From Pseudomonadota bacterium (lineage in GTDB: Bacteria > Pseudomonadota > Gammaproteobacteria > Burkholderiales > Burkholderiaceae_C): a stretch of DNA of 64,000 nt. The translations under genes and the position numbers were made by a program. This document shows, piece by piece, positions 1-9,091 of the stretch. A model generated the notes under the pieces. It had not been told where the DNA came from and searched no databases. It saw only the letters and a program-made list of their open reading frames with translations. Location: NCBI GenBank assembly GCA_020161775.1, contig JAIUOW010000005.1, positions 80,209 to 144,208 on the forward strand, written 5' to 3'. Position 1 is the stretch's first letter, and every line of letters starts with the position of its first letter.

Positions 1-96
1 GATCTGGCGCGAGCCCTGGCGCAGCGTGTTGATGGCCAGCACGGCCACCAGCAACGCCAGCAGGCCAAGCAGCCCCAGCAAAACACGCTTGATCAT
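1..96 (-). CDS. 5' end of an unidentified secreted or membrane-anchored protein (partial, continues beyond window start)
   Basis: ATG at 96-94 on the minus strand. Translation MIKRVLLGLLGLLALLVAVLAINTLRQGSRQI has a basic N-terminus plus a hydrophobic signal/anchor helix. Only 32 codons are visible, so no family call. Confidence 0.35.
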   Translation of the reverse strand, partial: MIKRVLLGLLGLLALLVAVLAINTLRQGSRQI

Positions 97-104
97 GTTG
101 GACT

Positions 105-2204
105 TCAGCTGAAGGTTTTGCCTTCAGCGGCCAGCTTGGCCAGCAGCGGCGCGGGCTCCCAGAACTTCGCGTCATCCAGCGGGTTGCGCTGGAACCGCTT
201 CATGGCCTGCACCACGTTGAACAGGCCCACCTGGTCGGCGTACATCATGGGACCGCCACGGTGCATGGGGAAGCCATAACCGGTGAGGTACACCATGTCG
301 ATGTCGCTGGCACGGGACGCGATGCCGTCCTCGACAATGTGCGCGCCTTCGTTGACCAGCGCGAACACCAGGCGCTGGACGATTTCCTCGTCGGAGATCT
401 TGCGCGGCGTGATGCCCAGTTCCTTGCGGTGGTCCTCGATCATCTTGTTGACCAGCTCCGACGGAATGGCGTCGCGCTTGCCGGCCTGGTAGTCATACCA
501 GCCTGCACCGGTCTTCTGGCCAAAGCGGCCCAGTTCGCACAGCTTGTCGGCCGTCTTGCTGTATTTCATGTCGGCGCGCTCGGTGGCGCGGCGCTTGCGG
601 ATGGCCCAGCCGATGTCGTTGCCGGCCAGGTCGCCCATGCGGAATGGGCCCATGGCAAAGCCGAACTTCTCGATCGCGCGGTCCACCTGCTGCGGCGTCG
701 CACCTTCGTCCAGCAAAAAGCCGGCCTGGCGGCTGTACTGCTCGATCATGCGGTTGCCGATGAAGCCGTCGCACACGCCCGACACGACCGAGGTCTTCTT
801 GATCTTCTTGCCAATGACCATCACGGTGGCCAGCACGTCCTTGGCGGTCTTCTCGCCGCGCACCACTTCCAGCAGCTTCATGACGTTGGCCGGGCTGAAG
901 AAATGCATACCCACCACGTCCTGCGGGCGCTTGGTGAACGAGGCAATCTTGTTCACGTCCAGCGTGGACGTATTGGACGCCAGGATGGCACCGGGCTTCA
1001 TCACGCGGTCCAGTTCCTTGAAGACCTTTTCCTTGACGCCCATTTCCTCGAACACGGCCTCGATCACCAGGTCGGCATCCTTCAGGTCGTCGTAGCTCAG
1101 CGTGGTGCTCAGCAGCGCCATGCGCTGGTCGTACTTGTCCTGCTTGAGCTTGCCCTTCTTGACCTGGGCTTCGTAGTTCTTGCGGATGGTGGCCAGGCCC
1201 TTGTCCAGCGCCTCCTGCTTCATCTCCAGGATCTTCACGGGGATGCCCGCGTTCAGGAAGTTCATGGAGATGCCGCCGCCCATGGTGCCGGCGCCGATCA
1301 CGGCCACGGACTTGATCTCGCGCTTGGGCGTGTCATCCGGCACGTCCGGGATCTTGGACGCGGCGCGCTCGGCCACGAACAGGTGGCGCAGCGCACGGCA
1401 TTCGGGCGTGAACATCAGCGCGGTGAAGATCTCGCGCTCGTACACCATGCCTTCGTCGAATTTCTTCTTGGTGGCGGCTTCCACGGCGTCCACGCATTTG
1501 GCGGGCGCGGGGAAGTTCTTGGCCATGCCCTTGACCATGTTGCGCGCGAACTGGAAGTACGCGTCGCCCAGCGGGTGCTTCGCCTTCAGGTCGCGCACCA
1601 GCGGCAGCGGGCGGGCGTCGGCAACGGATTTTGCAAAGGCCAGCGCCTCTTCGGCCAGTGACTCGGGCGACGCGGCCATCTTGTCGAACAGCTTCTGGCC
1701 GGGGATCTGGGCCAGCAGTTCGCTCTTGACCGGCTCGCCGCTCACGATCATGTTCAGCGCGGCCTCCACGCCCAGCACGCGCGGCAGGCGCTGCGTGCCG
1801 CCGGCGCCGGGAATCAGGCCCAGCTTGACCTCGGGCAGCGCAACGCTGGTGCCCGGCGCCGCGATGCGGTAGTGGCAACCCAGCGCCAGCTCCAGACCGC
1901 CGCCCATGGCCACGCTGTGGATGGCGGCAACGACTGGCTTGGCGGAGTTTTCAACCGCCAGGATCACGCTGAGCAGGTTGGGCTCGGCCAGGGCCTTGGG
2001 CGTGCCGAATTCCTTGATGTCTGCCCCGCCCGAGAACGCCTTGCCGGCTCCGGTGATGACGATGGCCTTGACGGCGGCATCGGCATTGGCCTGGGCCAGT
2101 CCGTCGGTCAGGCCCACTCGGGTGGCGTAGCCCAGCCCGTTGACGGGCGGGTTGTTCATGGTGATCACGGCAACGTCGCCGTGAACTTTGTAATCTGCCG
2201 ACAT
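105..2204 (-). CDS. bifunctional enoyl-CoA hydratase / 3-hydroxyacyl-CoA dehydrogenase (FadB/FadJ-like)
   Basis: The ORF track gives 105..2396. The likely start is Met65 (ATG 2204-2202), preceded by AGGAGA. The N-terminal crotonase part reads VAVITMNNPPVNGLG...GGADIKEF, followed by the Rossmann motif VAVIGAGTMGGGI of the 3-hydroxyacyl-CoA dehydrogenase domain. Confidence 0.9.
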   Translation of the reverse strand: MSADYKVHGDVAVITMNNPPVNGLGYATRVGLTDGLAQANADAAVKAIVITGAGKAFSGGADIKEFGTPKALAEPNLLSVILAVENSAKPVVAAIHSVAMGGGLELALGCHYRIAAPGTSVALPEVKLGLIPGAGGTQRLPRVLGVEAALNMIVSGEPVKSELLAQIPGQKLFDKMAASPESLAEEALAFAKSVADARPLPLVRDLKAKHPLGDAYFQFARNMVKGMAKNFPAPAKCVDAVEAATKKKFDEGMVYEREIFTALMFTPECRALRHLFVAERAASKIPDVPDDTPKREIKSVAVIGAGTMGGGISMNFLNAGIPVKILEMKQEALDKGLATIRKNYEAQVKKGKLKQDKYDQRMALLSTTLSYDDLKDADLVIEAVFEEMGVKEKVFKELDRVMKPGAILASNTSTLDVNKIASFTKRPQDVVGMHFFSPANVMKLLEVVRGEKTAKDVLATVMVIGKKIKKTSVVSGVCDGFIGNRMIEQYSRQAGFLLDEGATPQQVDRAIEKFGFAMGPFRMGDLAGNDIGWAIRKRRATERADMKYSKTADKLCELGRFGQKTGAGWYDYQAGKRDAIPSELVNKMIEDHRKELGITPRKISDEEIVQRLVFALVNEGAHIVEDGIASRASDIDMVYLTGYGFPMHRGGPMMYADQVGLFNVVQAMKRFQRNPLDDAKFWEPAPLLAKLAAEGKTFS

Positions 2205-2228
2205 GCGGGGGTCTCCTGGGAAGAAATA

Positions 2229-2243
2229 GAACGAGCGTTCGTT
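2229..2243. promoter_or_regulatory. short inverted repeat (GAACG-AG-CGTTC / AACGA-GCGT-TCGTT), possible operator upstream of the FadB-like gene
   Basis: Palindromic sequence gaacgagcgttcgtt lies 25-40 nt upstream of the ATG at 2204, in the divergent intergenic region. No regulator identified. Confidence 0.2.
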
Positions 2244-2454
2244 TTGGATTCTACGGGCTGGGTGTTGCAGTGCAATAAGGGCTTGTCTCAGGTGGGACAC
2301 GCCAGCCCGGATACCGCGGAAAGAGCCCCTAAGGGCCCCGACGATTTTGCTTGAGATTTGCCATCCGCATGTCATCCTAGGGGTGCCGGTGCGCACCCGT
2401 GGCGCCGCCGCGGGCAGCCCTGCACCGGACGTACCAGCTTCAAGGAGGATTTAA

Positions 2455-3123
2455 ATGTACGCAACCCTGCCCTATGCGGCCCCCGTCCTTGCGCCTTTCG
2501 CGCTCCCGCCCACCCATCCGGGCCCCGATGTGGACCTGACGGTCAAGGTCCTGCACACGCCCGAGCAGCGCCAGGACATCGCGCACCTGCGCAAGTACGC
2601 GGATTTCCGCTCCGAATACGAGGTCGATCCCGGCATGGCCGCGGTGGACCCGGTCAAGGACGCGCTGGGCCTGGTCATGGCCTTTTGCCGCGAGGGCGAG
2701 GCCATTGCCACCATGCGCTTCATCCCCACGGGCCATGGCATTACCCTGACCGAACGCTGGTGGGGTGGCTACGTGACTGACCCGGCCCTGCTGTCCCACC
2801 AGAGCTGGGAGGTGGGCCGCCTGGTCATGGCGCCCGAGCACCGCCAGGAAGGCCTGCTGCCCCAGTGCATGACCATGGCGTTTGTGCAGCTGCTCGAACT
2901 GGCCGACGTGCAGCACATGCACGCCACCTGCCACATGGCCATGACCCGCCTGTACCGGCGCTTTGGCTTTGGCATCCACGCCAAGCGCATCCATGGCGAC
3001 AAGGACTGCGCGCTGATCCACGGCCGCGTGGCGGATGTGGCGCGTTGCCTCAAGGTGCCGTTGCGCCAGGCCTTTGCCGCCCCCGCACAGGCCATTTCTG
3101 AGCAGGTGCCCGTGCTACAGTGA
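2455..3123 (+). CDS. GNAT-fold acyltransferase resembling autoinducer synthase / N-acyl amino acid synthase (LuxI/FeeM clan), copy 1
   Basis: Strong SD AAGGAGG at 2442-2448. The 222-aa product has motifs SWEVGRLVMAPEHR and TRLYRRFGF in its C-terminal half. It is a paralogue of the frameshifted gene at 16052..16710. Confidence 0.75.
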   Translation: MYATLPYAAPVLAPFALPPTHPGPDVDLTVKVLHTPEQRQDIAHLRKYADFRSEYEVDPGMAAVDPVKDALGLVMAFCREGEAIATMRFIPTGHGITLTERWWGGYVTDPALLSHQSWEVGRLVMAPEHRQEGLLPQCMTMAFVQLLELADVQHMHATCHMAMTRLYRRFGFGIHAKRIHGDKDCALIHGRVADVARCLKVPLRQAFAAPAQAISEQVPVLQ

Positions 3124-3140
3124 CCGGCCAAGGGAGTCAC

Positions 3141-5195
3141 ATGAAGGCGGCACTGCGCAACCTGTTCGAGTATTACCGCGCCCATCACGAAATGGAGCGG
3201 CCACTGCTGCAGTGGATCGGCGTGATGGGCTGCATCGCATTCCCGCTGTTCTATGTGATGCGGCGCGCCGTCGCCGCGCCCGGCTATGACGACCTGTGGC
3301 TGCGCCTGCTGGCTGCCGTGCTGTGCCTGGGCCTGGCTCTGCGCCGCCGCTGGCCGCAGCAGCTGCGCAGCTGGTACATCGGGTACTCCTGGTTTGTCGT
3401 CTTCTACTGCCTGGCGTTCTTCCTGTCCTACATCATGCTGCGCAACCACGGCGGCACGCCCGCGGTGGTGAACATGGTGGTGGGCGCCGTGCTGGTCATC
3501 CTGCTGGCGGACTGGCGCAACGCCATCACCATGCTGCTGGCCGGCTACATCGCGGCCGCCGTGGCGCACATGCTGACCGACCCGCAGCCCGAGCTGCTGC
3601 GCGAATTCATCTTCGCCGCTGGCGGCTCGTTGCTGCTGGTGGCTGGCGGCGCGCTGTACCACCAAGGGCAAAAGCGCGTGGAAATCCACCGCATGCGGCG
3701 GGTGTATTCGGGCTTGGCCGGCTCCATTGCCCATGAAATGCGCAACCCGCTGGCGCAGATACGCCATGCGCTGGACAGCATTGCCGCCACGCTGGCCGAC
3801 GGCACGCCCGGCGGCGGGCGCCAGCTGGACGCGGGCCAGGTCCAGGCGGTGCTGGCCATCGTGCAGCAGGGCCGCGACGCCGTGGCCCGTGGCCTGCAGG
3901 CCATTGACCTCACGCTGCAGCAGCTGCAGCCCCAGCCGCTGGAGGGCTCCCGGCTGCAATGGGTGAGCGCCCTGCCCGCGGTGCGCCGCGCGGTGGATTC
4001 CTTTGGCTACGACGAGCCGGGCCAGCGTGAGCGCGTGCGGGTACGTGATGACGGCGGCTTCAGCTTTCGTGGCGACCCGGCGGCGATCGAGCTGGTGCTG
4101 TTCAACCTGCTGAAGAACGCGCTGTACTACCTGCCGCTGTACCCGGCCATGACCGTGACCCTCACCGTCTCGGCACAGCCATCGCCGCGCATCGTGGTGC
4201 GCGACACCGGCCCTGGCATCCCGGCGGACCTGCTGCCCAAGCTGTTCCGTGAATTCCAGACCTCGGGCAAGGTCGAGGGCACGGGCCTGGGCCTGGCCTT
4301 TTGCCGCCGTGTGATGCAGGCGCTGGGCGGCGACATCCAGTGCCGCTCGGAGCACGGGCATTACACCGAATTCACGCTGTCATTCCCGCAGGCGGAACCA
4401 GCCCAGGTGGCGCCGCCGCCCGAGCCGGCGCCCGTCCAGCAGCCGCTGGCGGGCCGCACCGTGCTGGTGGTGGACGACCAGGCGCTGAACCGCGGCATTG
4501 CGCGCGGCATGGCCCGAAAGATGGGCCTGAACGTCATCGAAGCCGAGCACGGCCAGCAGGCGCTGGACCTGCTGGCCGGCGGTACCGTGCCGGACGTCAT
4601 CCTCATGGACATCAGCATGCCGGGGCTGGACGGCATCACAGCCACGCACCGCCTGCGCGGCATGCCCGGCGCGGCGGCCCGTGTGCCCGTGCTGGCGCTG
4701 ACCGCCAATGATTCAGCGGCGGTGCAGGACGCGGCCCGCGCGGGCGGCATGCAGGGCGTGCTGTGCAAGCCCATCGACGCCGCGGCGTTGCAGCGGGCGC
4801 TGGCCAGCGTGCTGCTGGCAGAGCCGCCCGCAGCGGCGGTGGGCTGTGCCCCGGTGCTGAACCTGCGGCGCATGGACGACATCCAGCGCCTGGGCCTGCT
4901 GCACGAACTGCTGCCAGGGGCGCTGGCCGACATGCGCCGGCACCTGCAGGCACTGGAGCAGGCGCATGAAGCGGGTCAGGCCGAGGGCGCCACCCAGGCG
5001 CTGCATGCGCTGGTGGGCCTGTCGGGCGAAGGCGGCGCGCAGGCCCTGCATGAGCGGGCCCGGCAGTGCTATGCCGACCTGCTGAACGGACAGCCGATGG
5101 ACGGTCAGGCCGTGGCAGACCTGCACAGGTTGCTGGCCGCCACACAGGAGGCGCTGTGGCGCCACTACGGGGTCCACCCGGCGGCGCCCGCCTGA
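3141..5195 (+). CDS. hybrid sensor histidine kinase (polytopic membrane sensor - HisKA - HATPase - REC - Hpt), copy 1
   Basis: ATG 3141 follows AAGGGAG. This start aligns MKAALRNLFEYYR with MINTWARLFAHYR of the paralogue; GTG 3120 is an alternative. The first ~190 aa are hydrophobic, with about 6 TM segments and short loops. Domain motifs: H-box SIAHEMRNPL, G2 box GTGLGLAFCRRV, REC DVILMDISMPGLDG, Hpt HALVGLSGEGGA. Confidence 0.85.
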   Translation: MKAALRNLFEYYRAHHEMERPLLQWIGVMGCIAFPLFYVMRRAVAAPGYDDLWLRLLAAVLCLGLALRRRWPQQLRSWYIGYSWFVVFYCLAFFLSYIMLRNHGGTPAVVNMVVGAVLVILLADWRNAITMLLAGYIAAAVAHMLTDPQPELLREFIFAAGGSLLLVAGGALYHQGQKRVEIHRMRRVYSGLAGSIAHEMRNPLAQIRHALDSIAATLADGTPGGGRQLDAGQVQAVLAIVQQGRDAVARGLQAIDLTLQQLQPQPLEGSRLQWVSALPAVRRAVDSFGYDEPGQRERVRVRDDGGFSFRGDPAAIELVLFNLLKNALYYLPLYPAMTVTLTVSAQPSPRIVVRDTGPGIPADLLPKLFREFQTSGKVEGTGLGLAFCRRVMQALGGDIQCRSEHGHYTEFTLSFPQAEPAQVAPPPEPAPVQQPLAGRTVLVVDDQALNRGIARGMARKMGLNVIEAEHGQQALDLLAGGTVPDVILMDISMPGLDGITATHRLRGMPGAAARVPVLALTANDSAAVQDAARAGGMQGVLCKPIDAAALQRALASVLLAEPPAAAVGCAPVLNLRRMDDIQRLGLLHELLPGALADMRRHLQALEQAHEAGQAEGATQALHALVGLSGEGGAQALHERARQCYADLLNGQPMDGQAVADLHRLLAATQEALWRHYGVHPAAPA

Positions 5196-5196
5196 A

Positions 5197-5892
5197 TCAG
5201 ACCTCCAGCCACTCCTTGCGGATGTAGGCGTCGGCGCGCAGGCTGTCGGGCGTGCCCTGGAACACGATGCTGCCGTGGCCCATGACGAGCGCGCGGTCGG
5301 ACACCTTCATGGCAATGGTCAGCTTCTGCTCGATCAGCAGCACCGAGATGCCGCGGGCCTTGAGCTTTTGCAGGTATTCGCCCACCAGCTCCACGATCTT
5401 GGGCGCCAGGCCCTCGGTGGGCTCGTCGATGATGATCAGGTCCGGGTCGCCCATCAGCGTGCGGCACAGCGTGAGCATCTGCTGCTCGCCGCCGGACAGC
5501 ACGCCGGCTTCGGTGTGCTGGCGCTCCTTCAGGCGCGGGAACATGCCGTACATGTCGTCAAAGCTCCAGCGGCTGCCCTTGCCGCTGCCCTTCTGGCCCA
5601 GCATCAGGTTCTGGTGCACGGTCAGCGTGGGAAAGATGTCGCGGTTCTCGGGCACGTAGCCCAGGCCCAGGTGCGCGATCTCATAGGGCTTCTTGCCCAT
5701 GATGTCGCGGCCCTGCCATTGCACGGTGCCCTGGCAGTCCACCATGCCCATCACGGCCTTGGCGGTGGTGGAGCGGCCCGAGCCGTTGCGGCCCAGCAGC
5801 GCCACGATTTCGCCCTTGCCCACTTCAAAGTGCACGCCATGCAGCACATGGCTCTTGCCGTAGTAGGCGTGGAGGTTGTCAACCTTCAGCAT
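5197..5892 (-). CDS. livF: branched-chain amino acid type ABC transporter ATP-binding protein (LivF family)
   Basis: Walker A GRNGSGRST, signature LSGGEQQML and Walker B LIIIDEP. The start overlaps the stop of the upstream ATPase gene. Confidence 0.85.
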   Translation of the reverse strand: MLKVDNLHAYYGKSHVLHGVHFEVGKGEIVALLGRNGSGRSTTAKAVMGMVDCQGTVQWQGRDIMGKKPYEIAHLGLGYVPENRDIFPTLTVHQNLMLGQKGSGKGSRWSFDDMYGMFPRLKERQHTEAGVLSGGEQQMLTLCRTLMGDPDLIIIDEPTEGLAPKIVELVGEYLQKLKARGISVLLIEQKLTIAMKVSDRALVMGHGSIVFQGTPDSLRADAYIRKEWLEV

Positions 5893-6677
5893 CAGTGGCT
5901 CCCCGTGGCCTGGGCTTCGGCGACGTGAGAGCCCAGGTAGGCTTCCTGCACACGGGCGTTGGCCCGCACTGCCTCGGGAGCGTCATAGGCGATCACCTCG
6001 CCATAGACCACCACCGCGATCTTGTCGGCCAGGCCGAACACCACGCCCATGTCGTGCTCCACGGTCAGCAGGGTCTTGCCCACGGTGACGTCCTTGATGA
6101 GGTTGATGAAGCGGCTGGTCTCGCTCTTGCTCATGCCTGCCGTGGGTTCGTCCAGCAGGATCACGCCGGCGCCGCCGCCGATGGTGATGCCGATTTCCAG
6201 CGCGCGCTGCTCGGCATACGTCAGGTTCACGGCCAGCACGTCACGCTTCTTGTCCAGCTTGATCATTTCCATGAGTTCCTCGGCGCGGTCATTGGCGTCG
6301 TCCAGGTCGGCCAGGAACTTCAGGAAGGTGTACTTGTAGCCCAGGCTCCACAGCACGCTGCAGCGCAGGTTCTCGAACACGCTGAGCTTGGGGAAGATGT
6401 TGGTGATCTGGAAGCTGCGCGACAGCCCCAGGCGGTTGATCTCGAACGGCTTCATGCCGTTGATGCGCTGGCCATTGAGCAGCACCTCGCCGCTGGTGGG
6501 CTCGAAGCGGCCGCTGATCAGGTTGAACAGCGTGGACTTGCCCGCGCCGTTGGGCCCGATGATGGCCACGCGTTCGCCCGCGGTCACGGCCAGGTTGGCG
6601 CCGCGGATGATCTCGGTCTTGCCGAAGCTCTTGCGCAGGTTCTTGAGTTCAAGTGCATAGGTCATTGCGGCACTCAT
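5892..6677 (-). CDS. livG: branched-chain amino acid type ABC transporter ATP-binding protein (LivG family)
   Basis: Walker A GPNGAGKST, Walker B ILLDEPTAGM and a LivG-type C-terminal extension. ATGA overlap with the permease stop at 6674-6677. Confidence 0.85.
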   Translation of the reverse strand: MSAAMTYALELKNLRKSFGKTEIIRGANLAVTAGERVAIIGPNGAGKSTLFNLISGRFEPTSGEVLLNGQRINGMKPFEINRLGLSRSFQITNIFPKLSVFENLRCSVLWSLGYKYTFLKFLADLDDANDRAEELMEMIKLDKKRDVLAVNLTYAEQRALEIGITIGGGAGVILLDEPTAGMSKSETSRFINLIKDVTVGKTLLTVEHDMGVVFGLADKIAVVVYGEVIAYDAPEAVRANARVQEAYLGSHVAEAQATGSH

Positions 6678-7969
6678 GTCATTGCCTCCCGGCGCTTGAT
6701 TTCCTTTTCGATGAACTCTTGTATCTCACCCCATTGGCGAGAGAACTCGCGCCGGGCGATTTCAAACAGGCCGATGCCGGTGGCGAGCACGAACACCGAG
6801 CCGAACCAGCTGTTCACGCTCCTGGTGTCCAGCACCGCGCCCATGAAGTTCAGCGTGCTGCCCTGCGCCGAATTGAGCTGCAGGTGATACACCATCTCGA
6901 TCATCGCGGCGGCGCCCGTCAGTGCCACCAGCGCCGTGACGGCCAGCGCCAGGTAGCTCACCCACAGCTCACGCAGCCGGCCGAAGGCGGCCACGCGCAG
7001 GTTCATCATGATCAGGCTGGCGATGCCGCCGGGCGCGTACATCACCATGAACAGGAAGATCAGCCCCAGGTACAGCAGCCAGGCCGAGGTGAATTCACTG
7101 AACAGGATGAATGCCAGCACCATCAGGATGGCGCCAATGATGGGCCCGAAGAAGAACGTGGCGCCGCCCAGGAAGGTGAACAGCAGGTAGCCGCCCGAGC
7201 GGGCCGCGCCCACCACTTCGGCGGTGACGATTTCAAAGTTGAGCGCGCCCAGGCCGCCCGAGATGCCCGCGAAGAAGCCCGCGATGATGAACGCCAGGTA
7301 GCGCACCTTCTGGGTGTTGTAGCCCACGAACTCCACGCGCTCGGGGTTGTCGCGCACGGCATTCAGGATGCGGCCCAGCGGCGTGCGCGTGAACGCATAC
7401 ATGAGCGCCACCGCCACGAAGGTGTACACCGCGATCAGGTAGTACACCTGGATCGGCGGGCCGAAGCTGATGCCCATGAACGGCTTGCCCACGACGCGGT
7501 TGGCATTGATGCCGCCTTCGCCGCCAAAGAACTCCGGGATCATGAGCGACATGGCGAACACCAGCTCGCCAATGCCCAGCGTGATCATGGCGAAGGTGGT
7601 GCCTGATTTGCGCGTGGTGACCCAGCCCAGGAGCGCCGCGAAGAACATGCCCGCCAGGCCCCCCACCAGCGGCACTGCCGACACCGGAATGGGCAGCGTG
7701 CCGGCGGACACGCTGTTGAGCGCATGGATGGCCAGGAACGAGCCCAGCCCGGTGTACACCGCGTGGCCAAAGCTCAGCATGCCGCCCTGGCCCAGCAGGA
7801 TGTTGTAGGACAGGCAGGCAATGATGGCGATGCCCATCTGCGACAGCATGGTGATGGACAGGCCGCTGGTGAACACCAGTGGCGCCAATGCCAGCAGCAG
7901 CGCGAACAGGCTCCAGATGATCCAGCGCCCGACATTGATGGGCTTGAATTCGTAGTAGTCTTTTTGCAT
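6674..7969 (-). CDS. livM: branched-chain amino acid type ABC transporter permease (LivM family)
   Basis: Polytopic membrane protein. Likely start MQKDYYEFKP (ATG 7969), just downstream of the livH stop at 7974. The ORF track extends to 8002. Confidence 0.8.
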   Translation of the reverse strand: MQKDYYEFKPINVGRWIIWSLFALLLALAPLVFTSGLSITMLSQMGIAIIACLSYNILLGQGGMLSFGHAVYTGLGSFLAIHALNSVSAGTLPIPVSAVPLVGGLAGMFFAALLGWVTTRKSGTTFAMITLGIGELVFAMSLMIPEFFGGEGGINANRVVGKPFMGISFGPPIQVYYLIAVYTFVAVALMYAFTRTPLGRILNAVRDNPERVEFVGYNTQKVRYLAFIIAGFFAGISGGLGALNFEIVTAEVVGAARSGGYLLFTFLGGATFFFGPIIGAILMVLAFILFSEFTSAWLLYLGLIFLFMVMYAPGGIASLIMMNLRVAAFGRLRELWVSYLALAVTALVALTGAAAMIEMVYHLQLNSAQGSTLNFMGAVLDTRSVNSWFGSVFVLATGIGLFEIARREFSRQWGEIQEFIEKEIKRREAMT

Positions 7970-7973
7970 GGCG

Positions 7974-9008
7974 TCAGCCCTCTCGCGTGCCCAGCAGGCC
8001 ACGGGGGCGGAAGATCAGGATCAGCACCAGGAACAGGTACGGCAGGATGGGCGCGACCTGCGACAGCGTGAGCTTGGTCAGGGTGCTGGCCTGCGCCGCC
8101 GCGCTGAGCTGGATGCCCAGCTGCGCGGCCACCGAGCCCACCGAATAGTCAAACGCCACGGCGAAGGTCTGGATGGTGCCGATCAGCAGCGACGCAATGA
8201 ACGCGCCCGACAGCGAGCCCATGCCGCCCACCACCACCACCACGAAGATCACCGACCCCACGGTGGCCGCCATGGACGGCTCGGTGAGGAAGGTGCTGCC
8301 GCCGATCACGCCGGCCAGGCCCGCCAGCGCCGTGCCCGCGCCAAACACCAGCATGAACACGCGCGGCACGTTGTGGCCCAGCGATTCCACCGCGTCAGGG
8401 TGCGTGAGCGCTGCCTGGATCACCAGGCCGATGCGCGTGCGCGTGAGCAAAAGCCACACCGACACCAGCATCACCAGCGCCACCAGCATCATGAAGCCGC
8501 GGGTGGCCGGGAACGGCGAGCACACCACCCGCACCGCGGCGTCCGCCGCCTGGCAGACGCCCGCGGGCGCGGCGCCCCACAGCAGCCGCAGGCCGTCCAC
8601 GGAATGGTTGATCAGCGTGAAGGCCGGGCCCTGCAGCACCTCGGGCGGGCGGAATTCCACCGCGATGCGGCCCCACACCAGCTGCACCAGCTCGACGATC
8701 ACATACGACAGGCCGAAAGTCACCAGCAGCTCGGGCACGTGGCCGTACTTGTGCACCTTGCGCAGGGACCAGCGCTCGAACATCGCCCCCATGGCCCCCA
8801 CCACCAGGGGCGCCAGCACCAGCGCGGGCCAGAAGCCCACCAGCTTGGCAATGCTGTAGCCCACGTAGGCGCCCACCATGTAGAAACTGGCGTGCGCGAA
8901 ATTCAGCACGCCCATCATGCTGAAGATCAACGTGAGCCCCGAGCTGAGCATGAACAGCAGCAGCCCGTAGCTCACCCCGTTGAGCATCGAGATGATGAAA
9001 AACTCCAT
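7974..9008 (-). CDS. livH: branched-chain amino acid type ABC transporter permease (LivH family)
   Basis: The 344-aa polytopic protein begins MEFFIISMLNGVSYGLLLFMLSSGLTLIFSMMGVLNFAHASFYMVGAY, typical of LivH-type permeases. Confidence 0.85.
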   Translation of the reverse strand: MEFFIISMLNGVSYGLLLFMLSSGLTLIFSMMGVLNFAHASFYMVGAYVGYSIAKLVGFWPALVLAPLVVGAMGAMFERWSLRKVHKYGHVPELLVTFGLSYVIVELVQLVWGRIAVEFRPPEVLQGPAFTLINHSVDGLRLLWGAAPAGVCQAADAAVRVVCSPFPATRGFMMLVALVMLVSVWLLLTRTRIGLVIQAALTHPDAVESLGHNVPRVFMLVFGAGTALAGLAGVIGGSTFLTEPSMAATVGSVIFVVVVVGGMGSLSGAFIASLLIGTIQTFAVAFDYSVGSVAAQLGIQLSAAAQASTLTKLTLSQVAPILPYLFLVLILIFRPRGLLGTREG

Positions 9009-9091
9009 GTCGTCCGACCTTCCTCGCCAATCAAAAATAAAGGAGCCCGATACGGTGCACCCGTACGGGCTCCTGTGTCACCCCGCCGGAA

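Noticed and set aside
261-1661. 466-aa ORF (and several shorter ones) antisense to the FadB-like gene
   Set aside because: The sense strand encodes a clearly recognisable bifunctional beta-oxidation enzyme. The antisense product is Ala/Arg/Gly/His/Leu-rich with no motifs, the typical high-GC shadow ORF.
105-2396. N-terminal extensions in the ORF track (also 6674-8002, 10494-12188, 38973-39674, 39765-40739, 41482-43638, 43640-44785, 55532-56695, 56867-57244)
   Set aside because: Internal Met codons preceded by SD-like sequences give N-termini typical of each family. The extensions overlap neighbouring genes or are Arg/Pro-rich read-through of intergenic DNA.
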